Positions 54,937 through 64,000 of a stretch of DNA of 64,000 bases are shown in pieces. Source of the DNA: Candidatus Levyibacteriota bacterium (GTDB lineage: Bacteria; Patescibacteriota; Microgenomatia; Levybacterales; UBA12049); the NCBI GenBank assembly GCA_016214555.1, contig JACROF010000003.1, positions 930-64,929 of the forward strand, read 5' to 3'. The number at the start of each line of letters is the position of its first letter. Position 1 is the first letter of the stretch. Position numbers and translations under genes: made by a program. The notes under the pieces were generated by a model. The model was given only the letters and a program-made list of their open reading frames with translations, ran no database searches and was not told the origin of the DNA.

Positions 54937-57675
54937 TTATTTTGCCTTCCTCAAGCCTGTTGCAATATCAATTTTGGAGGAAGCCTGATCAGGGGTTGAG
55001 ATAGTTTGCTGCTCCTTTGTCGCAATCGGTAAAGTAAAACTGAATGTGGTTCCCTTACCTTCAACTGAGTCCTCAATCTTTATTTCCCCCCCCATACCTT
55101 CAACTATCAGCTTGGAGATATACAACCCAAGACCTGTTCCTTTGGTCGTATCACGCGTCAAAATGCTCGTGTTTGCCTGCTGGAATTTGTGGAATAGGAG
55201 AGCTTGATTTGCCTTTGAAATTCCCCGTCCAGTATCTGAAACAAAAACTTTGACGAAATCCCCAATTATTTGGGTAGTAATAGTGATTCCTCCTTTTTCA
55301 GTAAATTTTAACCCATTGCCGATAAGGTTGATTAAGACTTGCTTTGTTTTACCAATATCAGCAAAAACCTGCGGAAGTGTGATTTTAGTATCGGGATGAT
55401 ACTCAATCGAAAGCATCTTACGAGAACCTGTGACCTGGTATTCTTTGATAACATCCTGGATAAGCTGAGGTATCGCTATCGGCACTTTTTTAAACTCCAT
55501 CCTGCCTTGTTCTAGCCGTGAAGTATCCAAAAAATCATTGACAATTTGGATAAGTCTCTCGCTTGATTCATGAATATCTCCAATCATATCTTTTAACTCG
55601 GGATCCTTAATCCTATCGCCATAAAACTGCTCAATCATCGAACTATTGCCTTTTATAGCAGTAAGAGGCGTTCGAAGCTCGTGTGATGCAATAGAGAAAA
55701 ATTCATCTCTAGATCTCTCGGTGATTTTTGCCTCAGTAATATCCTCAACGAGAACAACACAACCAATTGCTTGATTATCTTCAATAATAGGAGTCAAAAT
55801 AATCTTTAAAAAACGGTTCTGAAATGGCAATTCTCTCACCAGCAAAATTTGCCCTTTTGTGACTGAACGAGCGATAAGACCCCTGAGATCAATTGCTCCT
55901 TTTAACTCATCCTCAATATGGGTAAGAGTACAATTTTTAACAGTAGCAAGTGGCGAGGTATTTGAATTACAAAAAATATTTCTTGCTGCTTGATTGATAA
56001 CCAAAATATTGTTGAGCTTGTCAGTCATGATAAATCCAACAGTAAGTGAAGATATAGAAGCAGAAAGCTTTATCTTCTCTTCGTTTAGCTCTGCAGTTCG
56101 CTGGATAACTTTTTTCTCAACACTCTCTTTTTCGAGCTTTAACTGCTCCTCAAGTTCTCTTGCATCCTCTAGGACATTGGCAAGAGCTTTTTTTGAATCT
56201 TCCAAATCCTTTGTTTTAGCCTTAAGATCTTTAAATGAAGATTCCACCAATTTTTCAGCATCAATATTTCGTTCGTTTCCGACAAAAAATAATATATCCC
56301 CGTTATCATCAAGAATAGGATTTATCCCAAGCTCTACACTGTATTCATTTCCATCCTTTCTTTTATTGACGAGCTTTCCTTTAAATGGTTGCTTCTTATC
56401 CTTAATTGTTTCCCACATAGTCGCATAAAATTCTTTTGGCATAGTCCCTCCCCAAAGCCGTGGCGTGTTACCAATCATTTCTTCCTTGGCGTATCCGGTC
56501 ATTTGTTCAGCTCCTTTATTTGCAAAGAGTATCCTGCCTTCTTTATCGGTAATAACAATATGGTCTGAAGAATTTTCGATGGCTAATTTAAATTTAACTA
56601 AATCACCTTCGGCCTTAACTTTCTCATCAAGCATTTGGTTTATGCTCAGGGACAAATTGGTAAACTCATCATTTCCTTCCACTTTTAATCGTTGAGTCTG
56701 ATTATTAGAACTAATAATCTTATCTAGCCCATCACTAAGAATAGTAATTTTTGAAAGTACATACTTATTGATGAGAAAAAGAACAAAAATAATACTGACA
56801 ATAAATACAGCGACAATAATAAATACATAGTTAACTATCGCGGTAAAACCTCGATTATATATTTCCCTTTGACCAATATTTTCAAGGAGGTATATTGGTT
56901 TGTTATTAACATCATAAATAAGGGTGTAGCCAGCAATTTTGTCCTCAGATAAAGTTGAAGCATAATATTTGTCACCACCATTCAAATTCTTTTTTGCTAT
57001 TGTTAAATCAGAAGATAATTTCTTTGAATCATAATCAATGATCTCAACAAGATTATTGCTATTCACTCTCCTAAGATACTCACTAATCTGCTTGTCATAA
57101 AATCTAATAAAAACAAGCGTACCTGCAATTGGTCCTTTGCCGTCACTTTGTAAAATAGGACGAGAAGCATAAAAAACGAGCTTTGATCCGTCTTTAATAA
57201 CCCCTGAATTTTTTCCACTCAATCCCGAATGGGTTGTAATCGGTTTTGTCTGCAAGATAATCCTTCGAAGAGTATCTGATGTTTTCTGACTCTCAAGTGT
57301 ACTAAAGTCTATCTGCTTCTCATACAAAAGAGCTCCTTTTGAGTCTATAAAAAACATAGCGTTCACTCCTAAATTATGGAGTGACTCATTTTTAAGATTA
57401 CTATCGATATAGTCTTTATTTTTATCCTGGACAAATTGGTACGTGTCATCCCAAATAGCCCAATCAGCTAATTTAGTATCTAAATTAAATAATTGCTGAT
57501 CAAAGACAACCTTGGTCCGCTCAACACTTTTTACCGCTTCTTTATTTTCTAACTCAAGAAAACTTGCCAAAATAACCTGTCGAGAAAAAAAAGCGATAAC
57601 CAATAATAGCCCAATGGAAAATACAACTAGTGCTATAAGCACTTTCATCCTAAGAGTACTGCGAAGTTTTTTCAT
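54937..57675 (-). CDS. Sensor histidine kinase (extracytoplasmic sensor, HAMP-like linker, PAS, HisKA, HATPase_c)
   Basis: H-box SIASHELRTPLTAI, N-box NLIGNGLKFT, and G-boxes DTGRGI and GTGLGLYISK. Confidence 0.85.
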   Translation of the reverse strand: MKKLRSTLRMKVLIALVVFSIGLLLVIAFFSRQVILASFLELENKEAVKSVERTKVVFDQQLFNLDTKLADWAIWDDTYQFVQDKNKDYIDSNLKNESLHNLGVNAMFFIDSKGALLYEKQIDFSTLESQKTSDTLRRIILQTKPITTHSGLSGKNSGVIKDGSKLVFYASRPILQSDGKGPIAGTLVFIRFYDKQISEYLRRVNSNNLVEIIDYDSKKLSSDLTIAKKNLNGGDKYYASTLSEDKIAGYTLIYDVNNKPIYLLENIGQREIYNRGFTAIVNYVFIIVAVFIVSIIFVLFLINKYVLSKITILSDGLDKIISSNNQTQRLKVEGNDEFTNLSLSINQMLDEKVKAEGDLVKFKLAIENSSDHIVITDKEGRILFANKGAEQMTGYAKEEMIGNTPRLWGGTMPKEFYATMWETIKDKKQPFKGKLVNKRKDGNEYSVELGINPILDDNGDILFFVGNERNIDAEKLVESSFKDLKAKTKDLEDSKKALANVLEDARELEEQLKLEKESVEKKVIQRTAELNEEKIKLSASISSLTVGFIMTDKLNNILVINQAARNIFCNSNTSPLATVKNCTLTHIEDELKGAIDLRGLIARSVTKGQILLVRELPFQNRFLKIILTPIIEDNQAIGCVVLVEDITEAKITERSRDEFFSIASHELRTPLTAIKGNSSMIEQFYGDRIKDPELKDMIGDIHESSERLIQIVNDFLDTSRLEQGRMEFKKVPIAIPQLIQDVIKEYQVTGSRKMLSIEYHPDTKITLPQVFADIGKTKQVLINLIGNGLKFTEKGGITITTQIIGDFVKVFVSDTGRGISKANQALLFHKFQQANTSILTRDTTKGTGLGLYISKLIVEGMGGEIKIEDSVEGKGTTFSFTLPIATKEQQTISTPDQASSKIDIATGLRKAK

Positions 57676-58961
57676 GATTTTTTCTTTAGGGTTGCTATCT
57701 GTTTTTTTAGCTCTACCATTTTAAGCTCCCTCCCAACGAGTAATTTATTGATCCTCTCAGTCTCCTCAAGCTGTTTTACCTGAAGTACCTGCGCATCCTC
57801 AAGCTGTTTTGTTCTCTCGGTCACTTTCTGCTCCAAGCTCTCTTGATAGTCCTTCAATTTTGTCATCATTTCATTAAATGACGTACCAAGCATCCCTATT
57901 TCATCACGTGATGTCACATCAATTCTCTTGCTAAAGTCTCCTTTTGATAGAGCTTGCGCACTATTTGTTAAATTTATAACAGGTTTTATAAATACTTTCT
58001 GAAGCACAAACAAAACAGCAATTGCAGCCATAAAAACAACAGGAATAACTATCAGCACCATGTTCAAAGCATTCTGTGTAGCATCAGCAAAAGCTATCGC
58101 AACCGGAGTCTCTATGATAAGACCCCACCCATTTCCTTTATTGATCAAAAAACCTTTTTGAGGAACAAATGATATAAGCTGATCTTTATCTTTGTTCTTA
58201 TCAATACCTTTTCGTACTTCCGAACCACTTACTCCTGAAAGCGCTTTTTTAACTGAGGGATGAGAAATAAAACTATTACTCAATATCTCACTGGCGTTTT
58301 CTGATTCATTGTCTCCAATCTCTTGACCATTTTTATTAAATAATTCGACCGTATTGTCATGGGTACTCTGAAGAATTTCAAGAATAACCGGCCACGAAAG
58401 ATAACCAATTGCCATGCCAATAACGGGTTGTTTGACGTCTTCTTCATTCCTGATGGGGGAAGCAAAAATCATAGTAGGTTTCTTCGTTCTACTATCTATC
58501 AAAACATCAGAGTACCGAACCTCTCCATTGAATACATCATCAAAATTAATGTGCTTTATCAATTCTTCTTTGATATTTTGTCCTATAAAACGTCCCGATG
58601 CTGATAGCACAATCTCACCTTCTTTATTAACTAAATTAAGAGCATCCCAGGGACCAGTAACTGATGAGAGTTCACGAAGTTTGGTCGTGCTTTCTGCTTT
58701 TTCACTCAGTATTGTCAGATCTTTTCCTGCTAAAAAACCTTCAAATTCTTCATCTTCAGAAATAGCGATAATATTATTCATTCGCTCATACAATAGACGA
58801 TCAATTTTGTCCATTGTCTGCCTAGCAACCTCAACCTGCTCTGTTGAAATCGCTTCTTTAAGAGATGAGAGCGTCAACATATAAATAATTGAGGCAAAAA
58901 TGACAGCGACAATTATTGCCAGGGAGAAAATAATAACAGCAACTTTATGCAGGAGCTTCAT
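57672..58961 (-). CDS. Membrane sensor protein with HAMP domain and no kinase output
   Basis: TM, periplasmic domain, TM, HAMP (LSKGDFSKRIDVTSRDEIGMLGTSFNEMM) and a coiled coil. Shares a 4-nt overlap with the kinase gene. Confidence 0.55.
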   Translation of the reverse strand: MKLLHKVAVIIFSLAIIVAVIFASIIYMLTLSSLKEAISTEQVEVARQTMDKIDRLLYERMNNIIAISEDEEFEGFLAGKDLTILSEKAESTTKLRELSSVTGPWDALNLVNKEGEIVLSASGRFIGQNIKEELIKHINFDDVFNGEVRYSDVLIDSRTKKPTMIFASPIRNEEDVKQPVIGMAIGYLSWPVILEILQSTHDNTVELFNKNGQEIGDNESENASEILSNSFISHPSVKKALSGVSGSEVRKGIDKNKDKDQLISFVPQKGFLINKGNGWGLIIETPVAIAFADATQNALNMVLIVIPVVFMAAIAVLFVLQKVFIKPVINLTNSAQALSKGDFSKRIDVTSRDEIGMLGTSFNEMMTKLKDYQESLEQKVTERTKQLEDAQVLQVKQLEETERINKLLVGRELKMVELKKQIATLKKKS

Positions 58962-58969
58962 ACTGGTGA

Positions 58970-59983
58970 CTACTTAATAAATTGGCTTGTGTATGCTTTA
59001 ACAACATCAAATTCATCGCTAACTAATTTTGAGCTTTTAGCAAGATCAGCAATCTGACTCCAAATAATAAAGCTCATATCGCCAATTGCCTGCCCACCAG
59101 ACGGCCTAATAAGAGGTGCGCTTTGTTCAAGGATATGCTTTTGTCTATCGGGATCAGCGTAGTCAGAATTTTGATACTTTTCAACAATGCGTAGAGCCTC
59201 TTCAGGGTCATCAAGCGCCTGCTCCCAACCAGAAATCGTCGCCTGGACAAAAGCTTTAACCATCTCAGGATTTTTACTTATCAGACTATCTGTTGTGACA
59301 ATGGTATCTCCATATCCAGAGATACCAAAACGCTCAGGCAGAAGGAGATTAATATCTACTCCCTTCTCTTTCATTATGTATGGCTGATCGGTTCGATACA
59401 GATCAATAAGATCAACGCGCTTCTTAAGCAGATCATCGGCTTCATCCATCTGGTAATCAACATCCTTAATTCTGACATCTGAGCTTGTTAATTTGTAGCT
59501 TTGCATCAACGACCTGTATTTGACTTTTGCCTCTTGATTTCCCCCTTTTGCTCCTATTGTCTTTCCTTTAAAATCAGCTGGTGATGTAATATGGGATGAC
59601 TTTAGGCTAGCAAAGGCCAATGGGGATGTTTGATAAATAGCAGCGATTGCTTTGATTTGATCTCCCTGATCAACGGCTGTGATAACCTCCAGTGGCGTAA
59701 CTAACGTAAAATCTGACTGACCTTCCTTTAGCTCCTCAAGACTTTTTAAATTTTCCTCATACTCCTTTAGCTCAACATCAAGCCCAGCTTTTTCATAAAG
59801 CCCTTTCTCCTTTGCCACATAAAATCCTGCAAATTGAGCCTGATGCAACCAGGCCAGTCTAACAGTAACTTTCTGAAGCGGCTTACGATTGAGTGAAAAA
59901 TTAAAGCTGTTCGTCTGATAGATCAGAAACCCCAACCCTAACAGGAGTAAAAATGAACAAATAATAACTGCGTATTTAAGCAT
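58970..59983 (-). CDS. NMT1/THI5 (SsuA/TauA)-like periplasmic substrate-binding protein
   Basis: Signal anchor and LAWLHQAQFAGFYVAKEKGLYEKAGLDVEL. Confidence 0.55.
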   Translation of the reverse strand: MLKYAVIICSFLLLLGLGFLIYQTNSFNFSLNRKPLQKVTVRLAWLHQAQFAGFYVAKEKGLYEKAGLDVELKEYEENLKSLEELKEGQSDFTLVTPLEVITAVDQGDQIKAIAAIYQTSPLAFASLKSSHITSPADFKGKTIGAKGGNQEAKVKYRSLMQSYKLTSSDVRIKDVDYQMDEADDLLKKRVDLIDLYRTDQPYIMKEKGVDINLLLPERFGISGYGDTIVTTDSLISKNPEMVKAFVQATISGWEQALDDPEEALRIVEKYQNSDYADPDRQKHILEQSAPLIRPSGGQAIGDMSFIIWSQIADLAKSSKLVSDEFDVVKAYTSQFIK

Positions 59984-60054
59984 CGTATATCCATGATCAC
60001 ACTAATTTATATAAAAGTAAAGCGGCTCACTTGGGGAGATATGAAGCTAGTTTC

Positions 60055-60882
60055 CTACTTCTTGCTTTTCGATTCGACTGCAAGCTTGCCAGCTATAGCG
60101 TGCTGGGCATCCTTAACGATAAGTCCAAAGGAAAGAAGGCCATAAGCAAAAAATAAATAAGCTGTAATCCACAAAATATCTATTCCTTCATAATATGGCC
60201 ACAACTGTTCTCCATACTGCACATAAAAAAATGTAAAGAAAATATCAGCGACAAGCTGTACAATCATGCCTATAAAAATGGCAAGCCAAGGCAAGAACAT
60301 CTTTCCCCCCCTATACTCAACTGCCATCATTAAAACCACAATAAGTGTCATTAACAATATAAGATCCCAAACTCCGTATGCAACCGAAACAAAATTAACA
60401 AACCAGGAAGCCGTTGGGTCAATAGCAAGATAAAATCCAAAGTAAAAAATTACTACCCCTATAACAAATCCAATAGCTAAAAGTGCCAATTTATAAGGAG
60501 TTCTAAATGAAACCTTTCTTTGGACAATTTCATGAAGCAGACCAGCTAAAATGAAAAAGTAACCCGTAAGAATAAACAGATCTGCTAAAGAAGGGTACTC
60601 ATCAATGCCTAATACAAATGTATTTATGCTATATGTTGTAGAGCCAATCATCCATAGAAAAAATCCTATTATTAAAATTAAGACTGTTTTTCCTGTTATA
60701 TTACCCAGGCCATATTTGATCACCGTAAAAATTCCGCTTACGATTATCGTAATTTCACCAAGAATAAACAATGCGCTTCGCAACAAATCGTGAGACTGCC
60801 AACCATTTTGGAATGAATAAATATAGACACTTATCACCCACATGCATATAAGTCCAACAATAAATAGTGTTCTGTTTTTCAT
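60055..60882 (-). CDS. Eight-TM membrane protein, unknown function
   Basis: Hydrophobicity pattern only. No EAA motif, so not an obvious ABC permease. Confidence 0.35.
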   Translation of the reverse strand: MKNRTLFIVGLICMWVISVYIYSFQNGWQSHDLLRSALFILGEITIIVSGIFTVIKYGLGNITGKTVLILIIGFFLWMIGSTTYSINTFVLGIDEYPSLADLFILTGYFFILAGLLHEIVQRKVSFRTPYKLALLAIGFVIGVVIFYFGFYLAIDPTASWFVNFVSVAYGVWDLILLMTLIVVLMMAVEYRGGKMFLPWLAIFIGMIVQLVADIFFTFFYVQYGEQLWPYYEGIDILWITAYLFFAYGLLSFGLIVKDAQHAIAGKLAVESKSKK

Positions 60883-60885
60883 ATG

Positions 60886-61101
60886 CTAGTTTTTAACTCC
60901 CTCTATTTTTTCAGTGAGTTTTGTCATGCGTTTTCTTGCCTGCTGTTTTCCAACGACTTCTGTGAGGAGTTCTTCAAGTGATACCTTAATTACCTCAGAT
61001 GGTTTGTCTTTATAAAATTCGCTGTACATTGTAGCGGTTTTTTTTCCAAGAGTATCAGCGATTTCCTCCACTGCTAGCTGCCGAAAGTGTGCTATATCCA
61101 T
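60886..61101 (-). CDS. Small hypothetical protein
   Basis: ORF coupled 3 nt upstream of the membrane protein. Confidence 0.3.
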   Translation of the reverse strand: MDIAHFRQLAVEEIADTLGKKTATMYSEFYKDKPSEVIKVSLEELLTEVVGKQQARKRMTKLTEKIEGVKN

Positions 61102-61287
61102 ACTTTAATTAAGTAAAATTAATTCTTAAATGTCAACAGAGAATGAATAGTTTAATAAATTGACCTAATTAACCTAATTCCTAATTTACCTAATCAAATC
61201 TCAATCAACCAAAATCTAAATTGTTAACGATTTATTGCTTGGTCATTTTTTAGGTTAATTAGAATAATTAGAAATTAGAAATTTCAA

Positions 61288-62883
61288 TTACTCCAGCTGT
61301 CTTGCAATATATTTTGAGACCAGGAGGGCTGGAACTATTGAGAAGACGAGAAGAAATGCAGCGATAATAAAAGTAAGCTCAATTGATTTTGCTGCAGCCG
61401 CAAGTACGCCAACCTGCCTGCTTCCTACAAAAAGCATACCAACGGGGTTATCATCGATATCTTTAAGAGGAAAATAAGAGGCAAAGTATGAAACATTGGC
61501 AAAAGAGACACCCGTACTTAACGCCTCACCTTTGTCCAAGACGGTAGCTTTCACCGATTTATTTTCCTCAGCAATACCCGTTAGCCTCGTCTTTCCATCA
61601 GCCGCAAGGAGTGTAGTTGCAGAAATATGATTACCTCCATACATCGATGCTTCAAGTCCTGTTGTCTTTTTCATATTGTCTACAAATGCATCATCCACAC
61701 TGACACCTGTCATCACAGCACCAATTACCCCACCATCACTTTTAATAGGCGCTGCGCCCCTGATACTGATCTGAGGAGAAATTACTCCATCTTTTGAGAT
61801 AATTGAAGCAGCCAATTCTCCAAGTAACGCTTTTTTAATCAACGAGTCATCTGACAATGAGTCTTTGCTATGCTCTTTATCCTCTCCTCGAACCAATACT
61901 TGCCCGTTGGCATCAGTTATGACCAAAAAACTTTCTTTTTTTGCCAACAAATAGCTCTCACTTATCTCAAAAAGCTGACTGAGAGAACGATCATTTACTA
62001 GTTGAATAACCTGCTCATTTTGGGCAAATGCCTGGGCGTCAGAGGTAACTTCTCCTTTTTTACTCTCGACTACCAACCCCAAAACTTTAACGTCTGAGGT
62101 GAGATGAGAAAGAGTATCATTTTCAAGTTGCTTAACCAGAAGCGCTGTAAAAGAAACAGTCGTGAGTAAAAATATAACTAGAATACAGGATGAAAAAAGA
62201 ATAAAAAGCTGAGATTGAAAACGTTTTAAGAGATATCCAAATGCCCATTTTCCAAGAACAATTGTTACTGCTAAAAGGACAAGATGCTGGACTACCCACA
62301 CAATACCAAAAGGAGCAACGAGATTAAAAAGCGCTGCGTTACTGGTATTTTGAAAAAGAGTCGTTGCTGAGAGCAACTCAGAAATAGATAATATAAAAAA
62401 AGAAAGGGAAACTGGCTTAATGTGATCCTCAAGACCAACTGTCGAACGCCTAAGATACAAAAATCCTGTCACCACAGCCAAAATGGGGAAAAAAAGCTGA
62501 ACAGAAAATACGCCTGAAAAAAGCGTTAATGGCAACACAACCGAATCTGTTTTTTTAGTTCTCGTGTGTGGCTTTGGCAACAACGGCTCGATAACAAGAC
62601 TAATAATTAAGAAAAAATAGCCTAGAATTCTCACAAAGCCTAAAAGAGTTAGGCTCAATTTTTCACTCAAAATAGGTGAGGTTAAAATCGTGGACTCAAT
62701 ATGAATTGCTGAAATAACAAAAGAGATAGCCAAAAATAAAAATCCTAGCCATCTGGCGACTTCTTTTAGCCTCCTTCTCTCTGACCAGGCGTCAAAATAG
62801 AGCCAAAAAACAGCAAAAAATATCAAAGCTGCTGCTAGGTTGATAGCAAAATGAAAATTTTCTAAAAAAAATTGTAACCACAT
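61288..62883 (-). CDS. Polytopic membrane protein with a C-terminal extracytoplasmic Cache-like sensor domain
   Basis: About eight N-terminal TM segments, a roughly 250-aa soluble region, and a C-terminal TM segment. Confidence 0.4.
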   Translation of the reverse strand: MWLQFFLENFHFAINLAAALIFFAVFWLYFDAWSERRRLKEVARWLGFLFLAISFVISAIHIESTILTSPILSEKLSLTLLGFVRILGYFFLIISLVIEPLLPKPHTRTKKTDSVVLPLTLFSGVFSVQLFFPILAVVTGFLYLRRSTVGLEDHIKPVSLSFFILSISELLSATTLFQNTSNAALFNLVAPFGIVWVVQHLVLLAVTIVLGKWAFGYLLKRFQSQLFILFSSCILVIFLLTTVSFTALLVKQLENDTLSHLTSDVKVLGLVVESKKGEVTSDAQAFAQNEQVIQLVNDRSLSQLFEISESYLLAKKESFLVITDANGQVLVRGEDKEHSKDSLSDDSLIKKALLGELAASIISKDGVISPQISIRGAAPIKSDGGVIGAVMTGVSVDDAFVDNMKKTTGLEASMYGGNHISATTLLAADGKTRLTGIAEENKSVKATVLDKGEALSTGVSFANVSYFASYFPLKDIDDNPVGMLFVGSRQVGVLAAAAKSIELTFIIAAFLLVFSIVPALLVSKYIARQLE

Positions 62884-63087
62884 AAAATTAACTCAAAATT
62901 AAAAAGTCAAATGTCAAAAGTTAAAGTAAAAAGTCAAAAGCTCTTTGCCTTCAGCTTTATAACCCCAGCTCCTAACATTTTACTTATCTGCACTACCTCA
63001 TCTAATAAAAAATTTATCTTATCAGCGAATTTTGAATTTTGAATTGTAATTTTGCATTTTGATTTTTGCCTTTTGACTTTTAAGCGC

Positions 63088-63984
63088 TCAGAAATTACTT
63101 GTAATTTCCTGTGCGCTAAGTATTCCCTTCTTAATTCCAGTAATTATCCCCTTTCTATCTAAGAATACATGTGTCGGTAGCGATTGTAAATTGAGTGGTG
63201 TGACGAGTGTCCCGTCAGGATCTGCATACATGGGGAGGCTATATCCTCCACGTTTTTTGTAAAGTGCTATCTTTGAAGCGCTTTCTTGGGGAAAAATCGT
63301 AACGACTTTCAGTCCTGAATCCGAGAGCTTTTCCAGTATTTTTATTTGTTCAGATGAAGCCGGATGCCATGTATTGATAAACGCTACAAGATATGGTTTG
63401 CCACGAAAATCTAAAGTTTTGACCACTTTTGTCCCCTCAAATAGGTCTGCCTCAGGGATTTCTTTCCCCAAAAGGCTTTTCTGATTCTCTGATAAAGATC
63501 CATTCACACCTAATGCTGTTTTGATTTCTCCTGTTGTAATCTCAAAATCGGGTATCGGAAGACTGATGCCAAAAAAAGTAAATGTTCTTGCTTTTTCAAG
63601 CACAATATCACCATTTATTGGAGAACTTTTATTTAGCTTAAAAATATCGCTTCGAAATGTCCTAAATCCTCCCTTACGGACTTCCAGATAATAAGACCCA
63701 GATGGCAAAAATAGCATATAATCCCCATCAGCAGTCGTTTTTTGAGGATTGGATTGACTGTACGCTTTGCCATCCCACAACACAAATTGCTTACCAACAG
63801 GATCATAATAAAAGACAGAAACCTCTGCATCTTTGATCAGTTGTGAACCAAACTTGACTCGCCCAGTGTCAAGAACAGTTACCTCTCCTATGACTCTTTT
63901 GGTCGTATTTGAAGCTCCGTCTAGTGAGTTGGCAGTAAGCGAATAATTCCCAGCCTCCTCAAAAGACAAAACCCCACTCCACAA
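63088..63984 (-). CDS. TlpA/redoxin-like protein lacking the CxxC motif, with an N-terminal Ig-like (CarboxypepD_reg-like) domain; truncated at the window end
   Basis: YLVAFINTWHPAS sits where TlpA carries WCxPC. The ORF runs into the window edge. Confidence 0.4.
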   Translation of the reverse strand: MWSGVLSFEEAGNYSLTANSLDGASNTTKRVIGEVTVLDTGRVKFGSQLIKDAEVSVFYYDPVGKQFVLWDGKAYSQSNPQKTTADGDYMLFLPSGSYYLEVRKGGFRTFRSDIFKLNKSSPINGDIVLEKARTFTFFGISLPIPDFEITTGEIKTALGVNGSLSENQKSLLGKEIPEADLFEGTKVVKTLDFRGKPYLVAFINTWHPASSEQIKILEKLSDSGLKVVTIFPQESASKIALYKKRGGYSLPMYADPDGTLVTPLNLQSLPTHVFLDRKGIITGIKKGILSAQEITSNF

Positions 63985-64000
63985 ACCACTATCCGCATTT

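Noticed and set aside
61141-61290. AT-rich short direct repeats (CCTAATT, TTAGAAAT). Similar tracts occur at 62884..63087 and 16830..16900. Considered as a possible CRISPR array.
   Set aside because: The repeat units are 7-9 nt, irregular and without uniform spacers, and there are no cas genes. They look like low-complexity intergenic or promoter sequence.

Overview
The window is low-GC (about 37%), gene-dense, and reads as a small-genome bacterium. A Candidate Phyla Radiation (Patescibacteria) origin is a hedged inference from the divergent 16S 5' end, the lysine-rich extension on L1, and the many small orphan membrane proteins.

Conserved backbone:
- the 5' tip of a 16S rRNA gene, then udg, prs, topA and dprA
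- an mreB-mreC-mreD-mrdA rod-shape cluster
- def and fmt
- a tRNA cluster (Thr, Tyr, Thr) followed by rpmG, tRNA-Trp, secE, nusG, rplK, rplA, rplJ and rplL
- galU, galT and mscL
- a two-component sensory cluster with Cache, HAMP and substrate-binding accessory proteins

The backbone is interrupted by accessory DNA in four places:
1. A tRNA-Thr(UGU) gene is split in its anticodon loop by a 104-nt insert that is itself a complete second tRNA-Thr(UGU). The insert is flanked by complementary GC-rich arms, which recalls archaeal split or intron-containing tRNAs.
2. A roughly 12-kb island sits between tRNA-Trp and secE. It encodes a GIY-YIG nuclease, a NADAR domain protein, a C39-like peptidase, a winged-helix/nucleoside-deoxyribosyltransferase-like fusion, a TelA-like protein and a PurD-like ATP-grasp ligase.
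3. Two large proteins of unknown function are inserted between rplA and rplJ.
4. A roughly 7.5-kb segment replaces the expected rpoBC position after rplL. It holds an excisionase-type HTH gene, four tandem paralogs each with its own promoter and terminator (two sharing a conserved palindromic operator), and a 58-60% GC block that is clearly foreign.

A Mrr-like nuclease gene is also inserted antisense between def and fmt. No CRISPR array, integrase or toxin-antitoxin pair could be supported.
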